DNA from: an uncultured virus (IMG/VR IMGVR_UViG_3300006620_000021)
Lineage: Duplodnaviria > Heunggongvirae > Uroviricota > Caudoviricetes
Reading direction: 5' to 3' (one strand)
DNA: 60,307 nt
IMG/VR virus record: IMGVR_UViG_3300006620_000021
Of this stretch, positions 28,239-38,190 are shown in pieces. Position 1 is the first letter of the stretch, and each line of letters begins with the position of its first letter. Position numbers and translations under genes: made by a program. Under the pieces are notes generated by a model. The model saw only the letters and a list, made by a program, of their open reading frames with translations. It searched no databases and was not told the DNA's origin.

Positions 28239-28434
28239 CTTCTTCTTCACCGAAGTTATTGAGTAAGTCGTTAACACGAGTCTCAGTACCAGAGAGATTT
28301 TTAATCTCGTATAAAGGAGACTTCATATACTTTTTGATCTGTTTATATTCTTTAATTAGTTTTTCGATTTGTTCTTTTTGAATAATGACTTTGGCTTTAC
28401 CATCACCAACGCCTCCACCAAATCCATTTGACAT
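28228..28434 (-). CDS. hypothetical protein
   Basis: ORF in a packed run. Confidence 0.6.
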   Translation of the reverse strand: MSNGFGGGVGDGKAKVIIQKEQIEKLIKEYKQIKKYMKSPLYEIKNLSGTETRVNDLLNNFGEEEDDT

Positions 28435-28442
28435 GTTGATAC

Positions 28443-28700
28443 CTACTTCTTTTTATCTGCTGGGTTGTTCCACAGTTTAGGACTGATTCTGCCCTCAGTT
28501 TGAGTCATATTCAGAAGATCTTTACGATACTTATCATAGTAGTCATCAAAGATATCTACCCGCCCTGCAGCAGTGACAATATCAAATTTTGTTATGCCGT
28601 CTTGGAGATACTCAACCAAGAAAGCATTTGTTGGAAGTGATTTATCCTCAGCAGCAGTAGGATCACACTCTTTTTGAATAATTCTGCAACCTTTTCCCAT
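28443..28700 (-). CDS. conserved cyanophage hypothetical protein
   Basis: CDP..A.DKSLP...LVEY...IFD.YYD.Y...GR..PKLW. Confidence 0.65.
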   Translation of the reverse strand: MGKGCRIIQKECDPTAAEDKSLPTNAFLVEYLQDGITKFDIVTAAGRVDIFDDYYDKYRKDLLNMTQTEGRISPKLWNNPADKKK

Positions 28701-29263
28701 TAAGATCTTCCTCCCCAATTAATATCGGAATATGCTTCGGCAATAATAGCCCGTGTAATCTTATATTTGGTTTGCAATTGCTTATCTTTAACTAAAACCA
28801 TGATCTCTGCCTCTCTAGGATGAAGTCCTTCAAGCATCTGAATGAACATAGTTTCTCTACGAAGACTAGTCAGAGATGGATTACCACCCTGAAGATAGTT
28901 GTAGAAATTTTGCCACTCTTTACGAATGGATGTTGCTCTTTGTCTAACAACCTCATTCATCTTAGACAATCCTTCAACAGTATTTAATTTTTCTAAAGAT
29001 GCTGATAAAGATTCATTTGATGCTGACTGTTCCTCTACTCTAGAATATGGTACTTCTCCAGGTGGGAGAGCAGAGATTGCTGTATCATCAAAGTTCCAAA
29101 TAAGGAGGGCAACCAACCCCTCATTACGATACTTCTGCAAAACTTCTACCTTTTTTGCGGTAGATCTTTGCTTGTTTACTAACTCAAGAATCTCATGCTG
29201 AAATGGATTTGGTTGTAATTCAGGAATGGGTTTACTCTTCGTCGTCGTACTCTTCTGTGCCAT
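28700..29263 (-). CDS. conserved T4-like hypothetical protein (DUF6433-like)
   Basis: LIWNFDD...LP.GEVPY...RRETMFIQMLEGLHP.EA. Confidence 0.7.
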   Translation of the reverse strand: MAQKSTTTKSKPIPELQPNPFQHEILELVNKQRSTAKKVEVLQKYRNEGLVALLIWNFDDTAISALPPGEVPYSRVEEQSASNESLSASLEKLNTVEGLSKMNEVVRQRATSIRKEWQNFYNYLQGGNPSLTSLRRETMFIQMLEGLHPREAEIMVLVKDKQLQTKYKITRAIIAEAYSDINWGGRS

Positions 29264-29459
29264 CAGTGTGCTCAATCCTCAAAGCTAAAATTTCATCTGG
29301 TAATAGATTACCATTCTCGTCAAACATCTCTGGATGTGTATAGACGATATTTGGAGTGCTTTCATATACGTAAGAACGTACAAACCACCCAACTAATCCA
29401 CCCACAACTAAAGAGAGAATGCAAAATAAGGCGGAAAAAGTAAGTGCTATAGCTAACAT
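29232..29459 (-). CDS. conserved single-TM protein
   Basis: N-terminal TM helix; HPEMFDENGN..PDEI. Confidence 0.65.
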   Translation of the reverse strand: MLAIALTFSALFCILSLVVGGLVGWFVRSYVYESTPNIVYTHPEMFDENGNLLPDEILALRIEHTDGTEEYDDEE

Positions 29460-29476
29460 TGGTCTAACTCCTGATA

Positions 29477-29725
29477 CTACCTTTTACTAATCGCAAAACT
29501 TAATTCAAAATTAAAGTGTATCTCCCGCTTCAGGAGGGAGATAATCTTGCCGAACTTTAAACCAAATGTTTTAGGCTCTGGCGCGTCCCTCCTGCTGCGG
29601 TGTCGCAACATTAACTCAAATCCTCTGTTAATTTCAGAGGATTCTTCTGGTTTATTTAGATAACTTTTTCCTTCTTCCTGGTTTTTTGTCATTGCTGTAT
29701 CTCCAGGCGTCTTCAAGAATACCAT
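29477..29725 (-). CDS. hypothetical protein (start uncertain)
   Basis: INRGFELMLR...REIHF. Confidence 0.55.
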   Translation of the reverse strand: MVFLKTPGDTAMTKNQEEGKSYLNKPEESSEINRGFELMLRHRSRRDAPEPKTFGLKFGKIISLLKREIHFNFELSFAISKR

Positions 29726-30050
29726 AAAGGTAATTCTTTATTTTTCTTGCTTGTGGTTTTGGAATGTGACCGTAACCCTCTCGCAATTGCTTGTGAGTAT
29801 CGTCTTGACCACCCTGAAGATATTCTTCAAGATCCAAAATCAACAAGTTGATCTCTGCCGCCGTTTTACTATCAATAAAATCGTCAGCATGTCGGCGTTT
29901 TGCATTACATACTTTTAGGTAATCATACATTTTAAGTACAAACTTACCTTCAAAGGCAAAATCGATTGCTTTCTCTACATCATAGTAGAGTGAGGCAAAC
30001 TCAACGTCCTCTTCCATTAGTGCAGAAACCATTGTAAAATTATATATCAA
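29652..30050 (-). CDS. conserved cyanophage hypothetical protein (start uncertain)
   Basis: HKQLREGYGHIPKPQARKIKNYL. Confidence 0.65.
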   Translation of the reverse strand: MIYNFTMVSALMEEDVEFASLYYDVEKAIDFAFEGKFVLKMYDYLKVCNAKRRHADDFIDSKTAAEINLLILDLEEYLQGGQDDTHKQLREGYGHIPKPQARKIKNYLYGILEDAWRYSNDKKPGRRKKLSK

Positions 30051-31702
30051 AGATTGGATTTAAACAACCTCTTGTTCTCAAAAAACCATAAGTAGTCGAG
30101 CAAAGAGGTGCATAATGTATTCAGAGCATCCTCTGGTGTCTCCACCAAAGGTTCACCTGCTAAATTAAAACTTGTGTTTAATAAGATACCATGCCCTGTT
30201 ATATTTTTAAACTCTAGAAGAAGGTCATGTAAGAAGTGATCTGAATTTACGGTTTGAATTCTACAAGTACCATCAACATGAGTTACACCAGGAATTATAT
30301 CAGATATCACAGGAAAGCAAGCTGTCATGTGTGGATTCGGAATTACGTTACCAAAATACAAGTGAGCATCAGACTCTAGAACCATAGCAGCAAAAGGTCT
30401 ATACCACTCCCTCTTCTTTATCTTATTCACTATGTCCTTTGCCTCTGGATTAAGAGCATTGAATAGTATGGATCTATTCCCTAATGCCCTCTGACCCGCC
30501 TCTGCCTGCCCGTAGAAGACCGCTACAGATCGATTCTTAGATAAGAGTGTAGCAACATCCTTTATCGATGCTCGAATGTCTTTACAGTGTTTGTGTGCAA
30601 CTGGAGTGTGATGAGGAACTCCATGGTAACTCGTAGTCACTTCAGGATAAATCTTCATGTCTTTAGTTTTACATCGATAGGTATATAAACAAGCACCGAT
30701 TGACAAATTACTATCATCACATACTGGATCAAAATAAAAATTTATATCAGGATATTTTTGTAGCAACTCATAATTGGTGATGATATTCATAGCATATCCA
30801 CCACTGATACAAACATTTTTTATACCAGTAAGAGAGACATACTTATCAACAATGTCTATGACTTGCTCTTGACACTGGCGTTGAACCTCATGACAAAAAT
30901 TAGCAAATGGTTGATAATTATCTTCAGACATTTGTAACATACTGGATGAATCATATTCCTCTGTAAACAGTTGTCTCAATAGTTTAGGATAGTCCTTAAA
31001 GTATTGTTTTATATTCTTATAAACATCAGCACCCTTCAAGTTAAAGTTTGGAATTGATTTACCATATGAAGACAGTCCCATTGCCTTGCCACAATTATCT
31101 GGGTCGGATCCTATCGCTATTGCAGCACAATTATAAAGATTACCAATATCTATTAGTCCATGATAAATTTTATGCATCTCAAAATCAACATCCTGCTTCG
31201 TCTTCATGCATACACTAGTATTATCATCAAGTTTAGACATGTATCTTTTATATAATGGTTTAAATCTATGTGGATATGAAACCTCATAAACACTAGTGCA
31301 TTCATATGCCTCTACGGGTTTATTATCTACACCTCTAAGAAAAGCTCCCGCAGAATCAATAGTTATCACTAAAGATTTTTTAAACCCACTAGCATAAAAA
31401 GCATGTGCTGCATGAAATAAATGATGATGACCTTTAGGTTCCACCATAGTACAACTTGGTGCATAACTCAGAAGTACAGAATCTTGTCTCTTCTTTACCT
31501 CTTTAGATTCACCATTAGAAAAAAGTAAGTAATCAAGATCATAAAATAAATTATTTTTCCTTGCTACCTCTATCAATACCTTATAGTTGTTGTCGTGTTT
31601 TACTTTAGTATATCTCTCAGACTTAAGATAAGTATCAACCACACCATCCTTTACGACACATATTGATGCATCATGGCTACTACTTATACTCATTATTTTC
31701 AT
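30047..31702 (-). CDS. carbamoyltransferase (CmcH/NodU/TobZ family)
   Basis: HDAS, HHLFHAAHAFYAS, GKAMGLSSYG, GQRALGNRS, KKREWYRPFA, LNTSFNLAGEPLVET. Confidence 0.9.
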   Translation of the reverse strand: MKIMSISSSHDASICVVKDGVVDTYLKSERYTKVKHDNNYKVLIEVARKNNLFYDLDYLLFSNGESKEVKKRQDSVLLSYAPSCTMVEPKGHHHLFHAAHAFYASGFKKSLVITIDSAGAFLRGVDNKPVEAYECTSVYEVSYPHRFKPLYKRYMSKLDDNTSVCMKTKQDVDFEMHKIYHGLIDIGNLYNCAAIAIGSDPDNCGKAMGLSSYGKSIPNFNLKGADVYKNIKQYFKDYPKLLRQLFTEEYDSSSMLQMSEDNYQPFANFCHEVQRQCQEQVIDIVDKYVSLTGIKNVCISGGYAMNIITNYELLQKYPDINFYFDPVCDDSNLSIGACLYTYRCKTKDMKIYPEVTTSYHGVPHHTPVAHKHCKDIRASIKDVATLLSKNRSVAVFYGQAEAGQRALGNRSILFNALNPEAKDIVNKIKKREWYRPFAAMVLESDAHLYFGNVIPNPHMTACFPVISDIIPGVTHVDGTCRIQTVNSDHFLHDLLLEFKNITGHGILLNTSFNLAGEPLVETPEDALNTLCTSLLDYLWFFENKRLFKSNL

Positions 31703-31727
31703 ACTAAATACCTATTATTGAATACTT

Positions 31728-32378
31728 GTGATGGAAGTAAGGGATAAATTATTTGAGATATATGATGACCTAACTCCTGTTGAACTCCCTAACTGGTTAG
31801 CACCTGTCATAGAAGACAAAAAATCTTGTATAAAATCATATGTGTGGAGGAATGATCGTCTCCGCAGAATAAGATTATGTGAGTTATATATCTCTGGAAA
31901 GTTTATTGCTGAGTCTCTTGTTATATATCCCGACTTCCAATATGAAGCGCCAGTATTCGGAACGGAATATGTAAAATGTGGTAGCGTAAAATATTTTGGT
32001 ACGATTGATTTTCACCCACTAAAGGGTGGTAATGATTATCAAGAAAAGTATATCACACCATACCTAGGAGATCAACAAGATAGAATAAAAAATAAATCAA
32101 AAATTTATGATCTAGATACATACTTCTCAAAAAAACTCTGGATCAAATCAGATAAACAAGATTTTTATGGAGAGTATATAGATAAATTAGAGTTGTACCT
32201 CACAAGATATAAAGAATGCATAAAAAAATGTGAGCAGGAAAGTACTACTCACATCTTTCAAAAAGGTTATGATTATCACCTATCGTATACAGATCCTGCA
32301 TACGGCATTATAAAATCATACTATACAAAAGAATTTGCTAGAAGATATATCAACGACTTTTTGTTTGACCTTGCCTAG
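31728..32378 (+). CDS. ferredoxin-dependent bilin reductase, PebA/PebS-like and divergent
   Basis: RRIR, VIYP.F.Y..P.FG, IDFHPL, YFSKKL, FQ..YD.....DPA, INDFLF. Confidence 0.75.
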   Translation: MMEVRDKLFEIYDDLTPVELPNWLAPVIEDKKSCIKSYVWRNDRLRRIRLCELYISGKFIAESLVIYPDFQYEAPVFGTEYVKCGSVKYFGTIDFHPLKGGNDYQEKYITPYLGDQQDRIKNKSKIYDLDTYFSKKLWIKSDKQDFYGEYIDKLELYLTRYKECIKKCEQESTTHIFQKGYDYHLSYTDPAYGIIKSYYTKEFARRYINDFLFDLA

Positions 32379-32608
32379 ACAAGTTTTTGTTCTCGGAGAT
32401 ACTTTACAGTCTCAGTACATCCACCAATAGTCTTACCATCTACGAGAACTTGTGGGAACGTAGTTCCCCTACCAAACTTCTCGTAGAATTCTTGCCGATC
32501 ATAATCACGATCAAGTTTATATACAACATGCTTTACTTCAGCGAGTTGCATGACTTGCTCGACCTTTGTGCAGTAAGGACAAAAGTCTTTGGAATAAACA
32601 GTGAACAT
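32375..32608 (-). CDS. nrdC: glutaredoxin
   Basis: CPYC active site, TFPQV, IGGC. Confidence 0.88.
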   Translation of the reverse strand: MFTVYSKDFCPYCTKVEQVMQLAEVKHVVYKLDRDYDRQEFYEKFGRGTTFPQVLVDGKTIGGCTETVKYLREQKLV

Positions 32609-32615
32609 AGTAAAA

Positions 32616-34196
32616 TTAGATTCCGAATACGATCCACCCGTTGGATGCATCAGTGTAAATTAATTCAAAAGATGCTCCTTCAGTCTCTACTGTGAGATCA
32701 GAAGCATCTCCCATGATATTACTACTATTTCTACCAACGGTCAAGGTATTGCTGTTAGCAGATTTCTTATAGTCAATAATTCTAACCTTGTCTCCCTGAG
32801 TAGGAGATGCTGGCAAGGTTAAAGTCCATGTTCCACCAGACATGTCAGCAAGAACTGTGGTGAATGGATCAATAGTTGTATTATTAGTCAGTGTTCTGAA
32901 GTTTGTATCAACACCAAGAACAGGCATCCATCGGGTAAGAGATGCGTTCCATACCTCAAGGTCACCAGTGACTGTATTTCCTCTGAGTTGAGGTTGAGCT
33001 ACCGTACCAACACCAACCTGACCTTTAACAATCAGATCACCATTCGCAGCGATATTACCAGTCGCCATGACGGCAGTGGTTGCTGCACCAATAATTGCTT
33101 GAGTTTGAGTGAGTCCAGTTCCAACACGACCAATGGTTGCAATACCACTGGTGCCATTACTCAGATCAATTTGATTGCCTCTGATCGTATCTGCAGAGTA
33201 AACATATCTCCACTTTTTAGAGTCTTGACCCAGGTCAAAGGTATTAGTTGTACCAGGAGTTACGTTAGAGTTAACGTTAGCATCAAGAACAACTGCGTTC
33301 TCAGTACCAACACCAGTGTTAACTGTACCTCCTTGGAAGGTTACCGTACCTGTGAACGTAGATACACCAATAACCCCAAGGTTCTGTTGAACAGTAAGGT
33401 CATCAGTTATATTAACATCAGTAAGTTCTGTACTACCAACTACCTTCAAAGCATTTCCAGCAGGACTGGTAACACCAATAGATACTGCTCCCTTCACATA
33501 AGCATCTTGAGACTGCATTGTCGCTGCAATGCCAACATCTCCACTGAAGGTAGTAAAGTTCTCATAGTATCCACTGAGAACAAAGTTTACCATGTCCTCA
33601 GAGGATCTGATGTAAATAACATCTCCACCAGAAGCTCTTAAGTCAACTCTAGAGTGAGTAGATCCCCGCTCTACAATGTAATTGTACTCAAGGTAGTCTG
33701 TTGCGGTTGTTCCAAGACCAACTCTAACCTTAGTATCAAATGATCCTCTATTACAAACAAAGAGGTTACCTCTGAACTGCTTGTAGTCTGTAGGGATAGT
33801 GAAGAGTAGGGTGCTCTTCTTACCATTCATCTCAGAGAATCCTTGTGCAAGGAATCCAGCATCCTCTCTATCCTCAGTCTCTGTACCGAGAAGAGTAAAC
33901 GTTACACTAGTATGATCAGCACGTACAACTACACTCTCACCATCCGCAAAATAAAGAGGGTCAGACTCAAAGAACTCATTAGGAGCAAGTACTCTATCGA
34001 ATACAATATATCCACGAGTAGTATCAAAGTCAGATACAGTGCCCGTGGAGAGTCCTACGCGAAACTTAATTTCACTACTGGTTTGATTCGTTATATATAC
34101 TTTACCTTCAACCAACTTGCCAGCGGGGGCGGTGTACAATACTTCGTTCTTTCCCGCCAAGGATGGTGTTATAATTGCTAAGGATCCAGAAGCCAT
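32616..34196 (-). CDS. tail fibre/virion structural protein
   Basis: Two N-terminal beta-sandwich repeats, beta-rich shaft, C-terminal TLPASPTQGD domain shared with other fibre proteins. Confidence 0.7.
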   Translation of the reverse strand: MASGSLAIITPSLAGKNEVLYTAPAGKLVEGKVYITNQTSSEIKFRVGLSTGTVSDFDTTRGYIVFDRVLAPNEFFESDPLYFADGESVVVRADHTSVTFTLLGTETEDREDAGFLAQGFSEMNGKKSTLLFTIPTDYKQFRGNLFVCNRGSFDTKVRVGLGTTATDYLEYNYIVERGSTHSRVDLRASGGDVIYIRSSEDMVNFVLSGYYENFTTFSGDVGIAATMQSQDAYVKGAVSIGVTSPAGNALKVVGSTELTDVNITDDLTVQQNLGVIGVSTFTGTVTFQGGTVNTGVGTENAVVLDANVNSNVTPGTTNTFDLGQDSKKWRYVYSADTIRGNQIDLSNGTSGIATIGRVGTGLTQTQAIIGAATTAVMATGNIAANGDLIVKGQVGVGTVAQPQLRGNTVTGDLEVWNASLTRWMPVLGVDTNFRTLTNNTTIDPFTTVLADMSGGTWTLTLPASPTQGDKVRIIDYKKSANSNTLTVGRNSSNIMGDASDLTVETEGASFELIYTDASNGWIVFGI

Positions 34197-34217
34197 CGCG
34201 TTATATCCTGAAAGTTA

Positions 34218-34246
34218 TTGCAGTAATATTATTTATTTGATATAAT
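34218..34246 (+). promoter_or_regulatory. sigma70-like promoter of hldD with an opposite-strand late promoter in its spacer
   Basis: TTGCAG-N17-TATAAT with a TGn extension; ATAAATA on the - strand at 34230-34236. Confidence 0.65.
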
Positions 34247-34261
34247 ATTGGACAAAAAGAT

Positions 34262-35065
34262 ATGATCATTTTAACTGGGTCCTCTGGATTCATTGGTAGA
34301 CATTTTGCAGAGAGATTAAGAGATGATGTGATGTTAGTAGACCAAGATGATGCTTGGAGACTATTCAGAGATTTTGACGAGTGGGATAAAGTCGATCTTG
34401 TTCTACATCAAGGTGCAATATCTTCCACTACAGAAAAAGATTTACAAAAACTATGGCACTTTAACGTAGGATTCTCATGTGCTCTCTTAAATAAAGCGAT
34501 TGTATATGAGTTCCCAATTAAATACGCATCGTCCGCATCCGTCTATGGAAATCAAAGCGTATATCAAAAGTCTAAAACCTATAATCCTCTCAATCAATAT
34601 GCAATCTCAAAGTTGCAAGTAGATTATACTGTTATGGATAACATAGATCAGTTCTCCTTGGTTCAAGGATTCAGATACTTCAATGTATATGGAAGTGGAG
34701 AAGAAGATAAAGGTAATCAAGCAAGTCCAGTAAGTAAATTCACTAAAGAAGTTAAAGAAACTGGAGAATTAAATTTATTTAGTGGATCCAATAAGTTCCT
34801 AAGAGATTTTGTATGTGTAGATGATGTCGTAGATATTGTTCTACACAACAATGCAGGTAGCGGTATTTATGATCTTGGTACTGGATCTCCAGTATCATTT
34901 CAACACGTTGCAGAATTGGTAGCAAAAAAAGAGGGTGGTAAAATTAATACCATCCCATTCCCTGATCACTTGAAGGGTAAATATCAGACCTACACATGTG
35001 CAGACATGTCATGGGTAGGAGAATATAAATTTAAGACTGTTGAGGAATATCTACAAGCAAATTAA
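34262..35065 (+). CDS. hldD: ADP-L-glycero-D-manno-heptose 6-epimerase
   Basis: TGSSGFIG, HQGAISSTTE, YASSASVYG, YAISK, FRYFNVYG..E..KG.QAS, KGKYQ.YT.AD. Confidence 0.9.
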   Translation: MIILTGSSGFIGRHFAERLRDDVMLVDQDDAWRLFRDFDEWDKVDLVLHQGAISSTTEKDLQKLWHFNVGFSCALLNKAIVYEFPIKYASSASVYGNQSVYQKSKTYNPLNQYAISKLQVDYTVMDNIDQFSLVQGFRYFNVYGSGEEDKGNQASPVSKFTKEVKETGELNLFSGSNKFLRDFVCVDDVVDIVLHNNAGSGIYDLGTGSPVSFQHVAELVAKKEGGKINTIPFPDHLKGKYQTYTCADMSWVGEYKFKTVEEYLQAN

Positions 35066-35648
35066 AACTAAGTGTTCTACGCTCTGAAATACATTTTTGT
35101 TTGACCACCCAGTGCATCAACTTACTATCAAACAAAAATGTTTTACCATTAACTTGTTCTGGTCTATGGTGCTCATTGTTCCAAACAAATTCCAGAGAAT
35201 GTAGATCCTGCCAATCAGATTCCTTTGGCAAATCTAAAATAGTAATCCCCGATATATGTCCTGCATGGTCATGTGGAGGGGTATAATTATTTTCATAATA
35301 TCTATTTACCCAGGCATCAACAAATAAATCAGAGAACTGAGATTTATTAAAGTATACTTGTGCGCTGTCAACATTATATGCTTTTAAATATTCTACCGCA
35401 GCACCAGCAATAAACTTTGTAAATCCAATATCATCTAATTGTTGACCAGTCATGTATATAATTTCAAATCCTCTAGACAACAGGTCAGGAAAACCCTCAA
35501 CCTTACTATGCTTGGAAGAGCAAATATCTTTAGTCTCCTGATCCATGTCCTCAACAAAAGCATTAAACTTTGTAAGAACATTATCTGGACACATACATTC
35601 TAAAATGTATGGACCAAAAGGTCTTGTCAAGTTAATATCGTACATCAA
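35031..35648 (-). CDS. putative 2OG-Fe(II) oxygenase
   Basis: WVN....Y.PPHDH...ISG, F.S.L.H.V, ERRTLSFN. Confidence 0.7.
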   Translation of the reverse strand: MMYDINLTRPFGPYILECMCPDNVLTKFNAFVEDMDQETKDICSSKHSKVEGFPDLLSRGFEIIYMTGQQLDDIGFTKFIAGAAVEYLKAYNVDSAQVYFNKSQFSDLFVDAWVNRYYENNYTPPHDHAGHISGITILDLPKESDWQDLHSLEFVWNNEHHRPEQVNGKTFLFDSKLMHWVVKQKCISERRTLSFNLLVDIPQQS

Positions 35649-35998
35649 TCACCTTTAATAACTCTATAACTATCAGAATCAAAATGTTGAGTTGAGAACT
35701 CAAACAGTTCAGTATCATTCAATGCAACCATCTGATGTCTCAATCCAACAGGAACGTGAAACTTATCTCCTGGAGTAAGAACAATCATATCCGCCTTAGA
35801 TAAATCATCTTCTTCACCATAATACAATGACATGAGACCACTCTGTAGATAGAAGGTCTCATCTTTTATTTTGTGGTAATGCCACGAACATCTCTTACCC
35901 TTCTCAAGGAACAAGAGTTTACCACAGTATTCTTCATTGTTAACGATCCACTTCTCATATCCCCAACCCTTGGGAACATATTTAATTGAAGAAGTCAT
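35645..35998 (-). CDS. cupin sugar isomerase (D-lyxose/mannose-6-P isomerase-like)
   Basis: VPKGWGYEKWI...YCGKLL...SWHYHKIKDETFY...H...EFST. Confidence 0.8.
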   Translation of the reverse strand: MTSSIKYVPKGWGYEKWIVNNEEYCGKLLFLEKGKRCSWHYHKIKDETFYLQSGLMSLYYGEEDDLSKADMIVLTPGDKFHVPVGLRHQMVALNDTELFEFSTQHFDSDSYRVIKGD

Positions 35999-36329
35999 TA
36001 GAATTTACCGCTTTATCATCTATGTAGTAATCAGCAGAGGGTTTACCCATAATAAGTTCGTGATACTTACATCCCCACATCTTCAACTGACACTTTGTAA
36101 GTTCTTCCCAACGATGTCCAGCAAGAGTAGCATTTCCCTTGTATGTACCCATACCTCTTGCAGTAAAGTATTTAATATAATGACCTTCATCATAAAGTTT
36201 ATTTACTGCTTCGATATTTTTTGTGATTGGAGAAGATGCTTCATACTTACACGTCTTACATAGACTGTCTTGCTCAGCAATTACACCATCAATATCAACG
36301 ACATATGTTTTGGATTCAAATGGTGTCAT
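35982..36329 (-). CDS. HAD-family phosphatase (capsule biosynthesis type)
   Basis: DIDG, FTARG, GKP.ADYYIDDKA. Confidence 0.82.
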   Translation of the reverse strand: MTPFESKTYVVDIDGVIAEQDSLCKTCKYEASSPITKNIEAVNKLYDEGHYIKYFTARGMGTYKGNATLAGHRWEELTKCQLKMWGCKYHELIMGKPSADYYIDDKAVNSNDFFN

Positions 36330-37423
36330 CTCTCTTTACCCAGGTATAATGTTTTTAATTTATGTCTAGAAGTAGATTTAGTATTAAAATAATAAATTAT
36401 TTTTGCCAACCCTATAGACGTACCAGCATCTGTTGATATTGGTTCCACATATAGTTTAACACCCTTCGGCAAGATTTTCAAATACTCGTAATTAGCAACA
36501 CAATTCAGAGCGCAACCACCAGTAAGAACTATGTTGGTCTCACCAGTCACTTCCAATGTTCTAAGAATTAAGTTTGACATGTATCTTTCAAAATCTTTTT
36601 GAACTCTATAAGCAAGGTTGGAGAACTTAAATTTAAGTTCATCATCAAGATCCATAAAGTTATTCACACCTTTCGGATATCTTACATATTCATATGGCAA
36701 GAACGTGAGTCCAAACCTATTTCTACAAAATAAATTAGTGTCTAGAGTAAAGTCATCATTAACAAAAGGTTTTATGTTTTCATCTTCCACACCATATGAA
36801 GATAATCCCATCAATTTACCAGAACCAAAGTCACCAAATCCAAAGTACTTTGATAGTGAATGATAAACCATACCAATACCAAAAGACAAATCATACTTAT
36901 CAGCATCTAAGTATGTCGGAGTTAATCCAACACTATGCTTTTTGAATTGAATTGGATATGTACAAGAGAATATTGTCTCAACTTCCTGAACTTCTTTTTT
37001 ATCTGGTAAAGGATTACCCATCCCATCGACAACTAAAACTGCTGCTCTAGCAAATCCAGAATTGTAAAACCCACAAGCAGCATGGAAGTCATGGTGCAGT
37101 TCATAAAGCTCATATTCAATATCATTAGAATCTCTTACGGATATTTCCTTTGCATATCTCTTTGATAATATACGAGTAAAAAACTCTGCATGATTTTTTA
37201 GATAATCTTTATTATGTGGTTCATACAAACCAGATACTTGAATTCTCTTGTGTATATTTGGAGATATATCTATTTCCATGGCTGATGTCAACGGATCAAC
37301 GTCATGTTTGATTCCACTGTATCTCTCTTCCTCAACAAACCAATCAATCTCTCCACCAGTAACCTGACAGATAGACGCATCATGAGTTACATGGGCACCC
37401 AGATAAGATTCCTTACTTAACAT
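36326..37423 (-). CDS. carbamoyltransferase, N-terminal (Kae1-like) domain only
   Basis: HDAS, EEERYS..KHD, HH.FHAA..FY.S, GGCALNCVAN, DAGTSIG; ends at LYLG without the YrdC-like domain. Confidence 0.8.
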   Translation of the reverse strand: MLSKESYLGAHVTHDASICQVTGGEIDWFVEEERYSGIKHDVDPLTSAMEIDISPNIHKRIQVSGLYEPHNKDYLKNHAEFFTRILSKRYAKEISVRDSNDIEYELYELHHDFHAACGFYNSGFARAAVLVVDGMGNPLPDKKEVQEVETIFSCTYPIQFKKHSVGLTPTYLDADKYDLSFGIGMVYHSLSKYFGFGDFGSGKLMGLSSYGVEDENIKPFVNDDFTLDTNLFCRNRFGLTFLPYEYVRYPKGVNNFMDLDDELKFKFSNLAYRVQKDFERYMSNLILRTLEVTGETNIVLTGGCALNCVANYEYLKILPKGVKLYVEPISTDAGTSIGLAKIIYYFNTKSTSRHKLKTLYLGKER

Positions 37424-38190
37424 AGAATCATCTCCACGTCATCAGTAGTTAACGTATAACAACCATAGTTTTGCACTGCAATTGCAGACGCTTTATTTGC
37501 AATAGTAATAGCAGTGGCAATGTCCTGATACTCCAAAAAGGAGTATGCCAAAGCTGCTAAAAAAGTATCCCCAGCACCAACAACATCAAATACATTCACC
37601 TTCTCGGCAGGATATACATTCCCCTGATACACTACACCACTCTCACCCAAAGTAACAATCAGTTGTTTTGCATCAGGTTTCGCTGTCAACTTATCATACT
37701 CCCTTTGATTTATCTTAAAGAAAACATTTGGATAAGTAAAGAGTTCTGTCTTTTTCGTATCAATAAAAACAGGACCGTCAAAATTTTGACAAAAGACTTC
37801 TAAATCATTTTTAGATAAGTATCCCTTATCATAGTCAGATATCACAACAGCATCATACTGCATATGAATGAATGCAGATTTAACTTCAGATACTTTAAGA
37901 GCATCTATATCTTCTTCTTCATCTATCCTCAACAATTGTTGGTTACTACTACTATCAACAATCCTTCTTTTAATAATTTGTTTTTTATTTGTGATGTGAT
38001 TTACAATAACACCAAAAGATTCCAGATTTGCCTTAACATTAGCAGACATACCCTTTGAAGTTACTGTTTTAACATACTTCAATACAGGGATAGGTGCTTC
38101 GGGACTAATTCTTTCTACATCACCATAGACGTACTCGTCATCACACGTCTCCCCTAGCAATAATATCTTGAATTGTTTTTGTTGTTGCAT
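37417..38190 (-). CDS. rfaE: heptose-7-phosphate kinase (HldE kinase domain, PfkB family)
   Basis: G.VERISPEAPIPV, ISDYDKG, DVVGAGDTFLA. Confidence 0.88.
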   Translation of the reverse strand: MQQQKQFKILLLGETCDDEYVYGDVERISPEAPIPVLKYVKTVTSKGMSANVKANLESFGVIVNHITNKKQIIKRRIVDSSSNQQLLRIDEEEDIDALKVSEVKSAFIHMQYDAVVISDYDKGYLSKNDLEVFCQNFDGPVFIDTKKTELFTYPNVFFKINQREYDKLTAKPDAKQLIVTLGESGVVYQGNVYPAEKVNVFDVVGAGDTFLAALAYSFLEYQDIATAITIANKASAIAVQNYGCYTLTTDDVEMILC

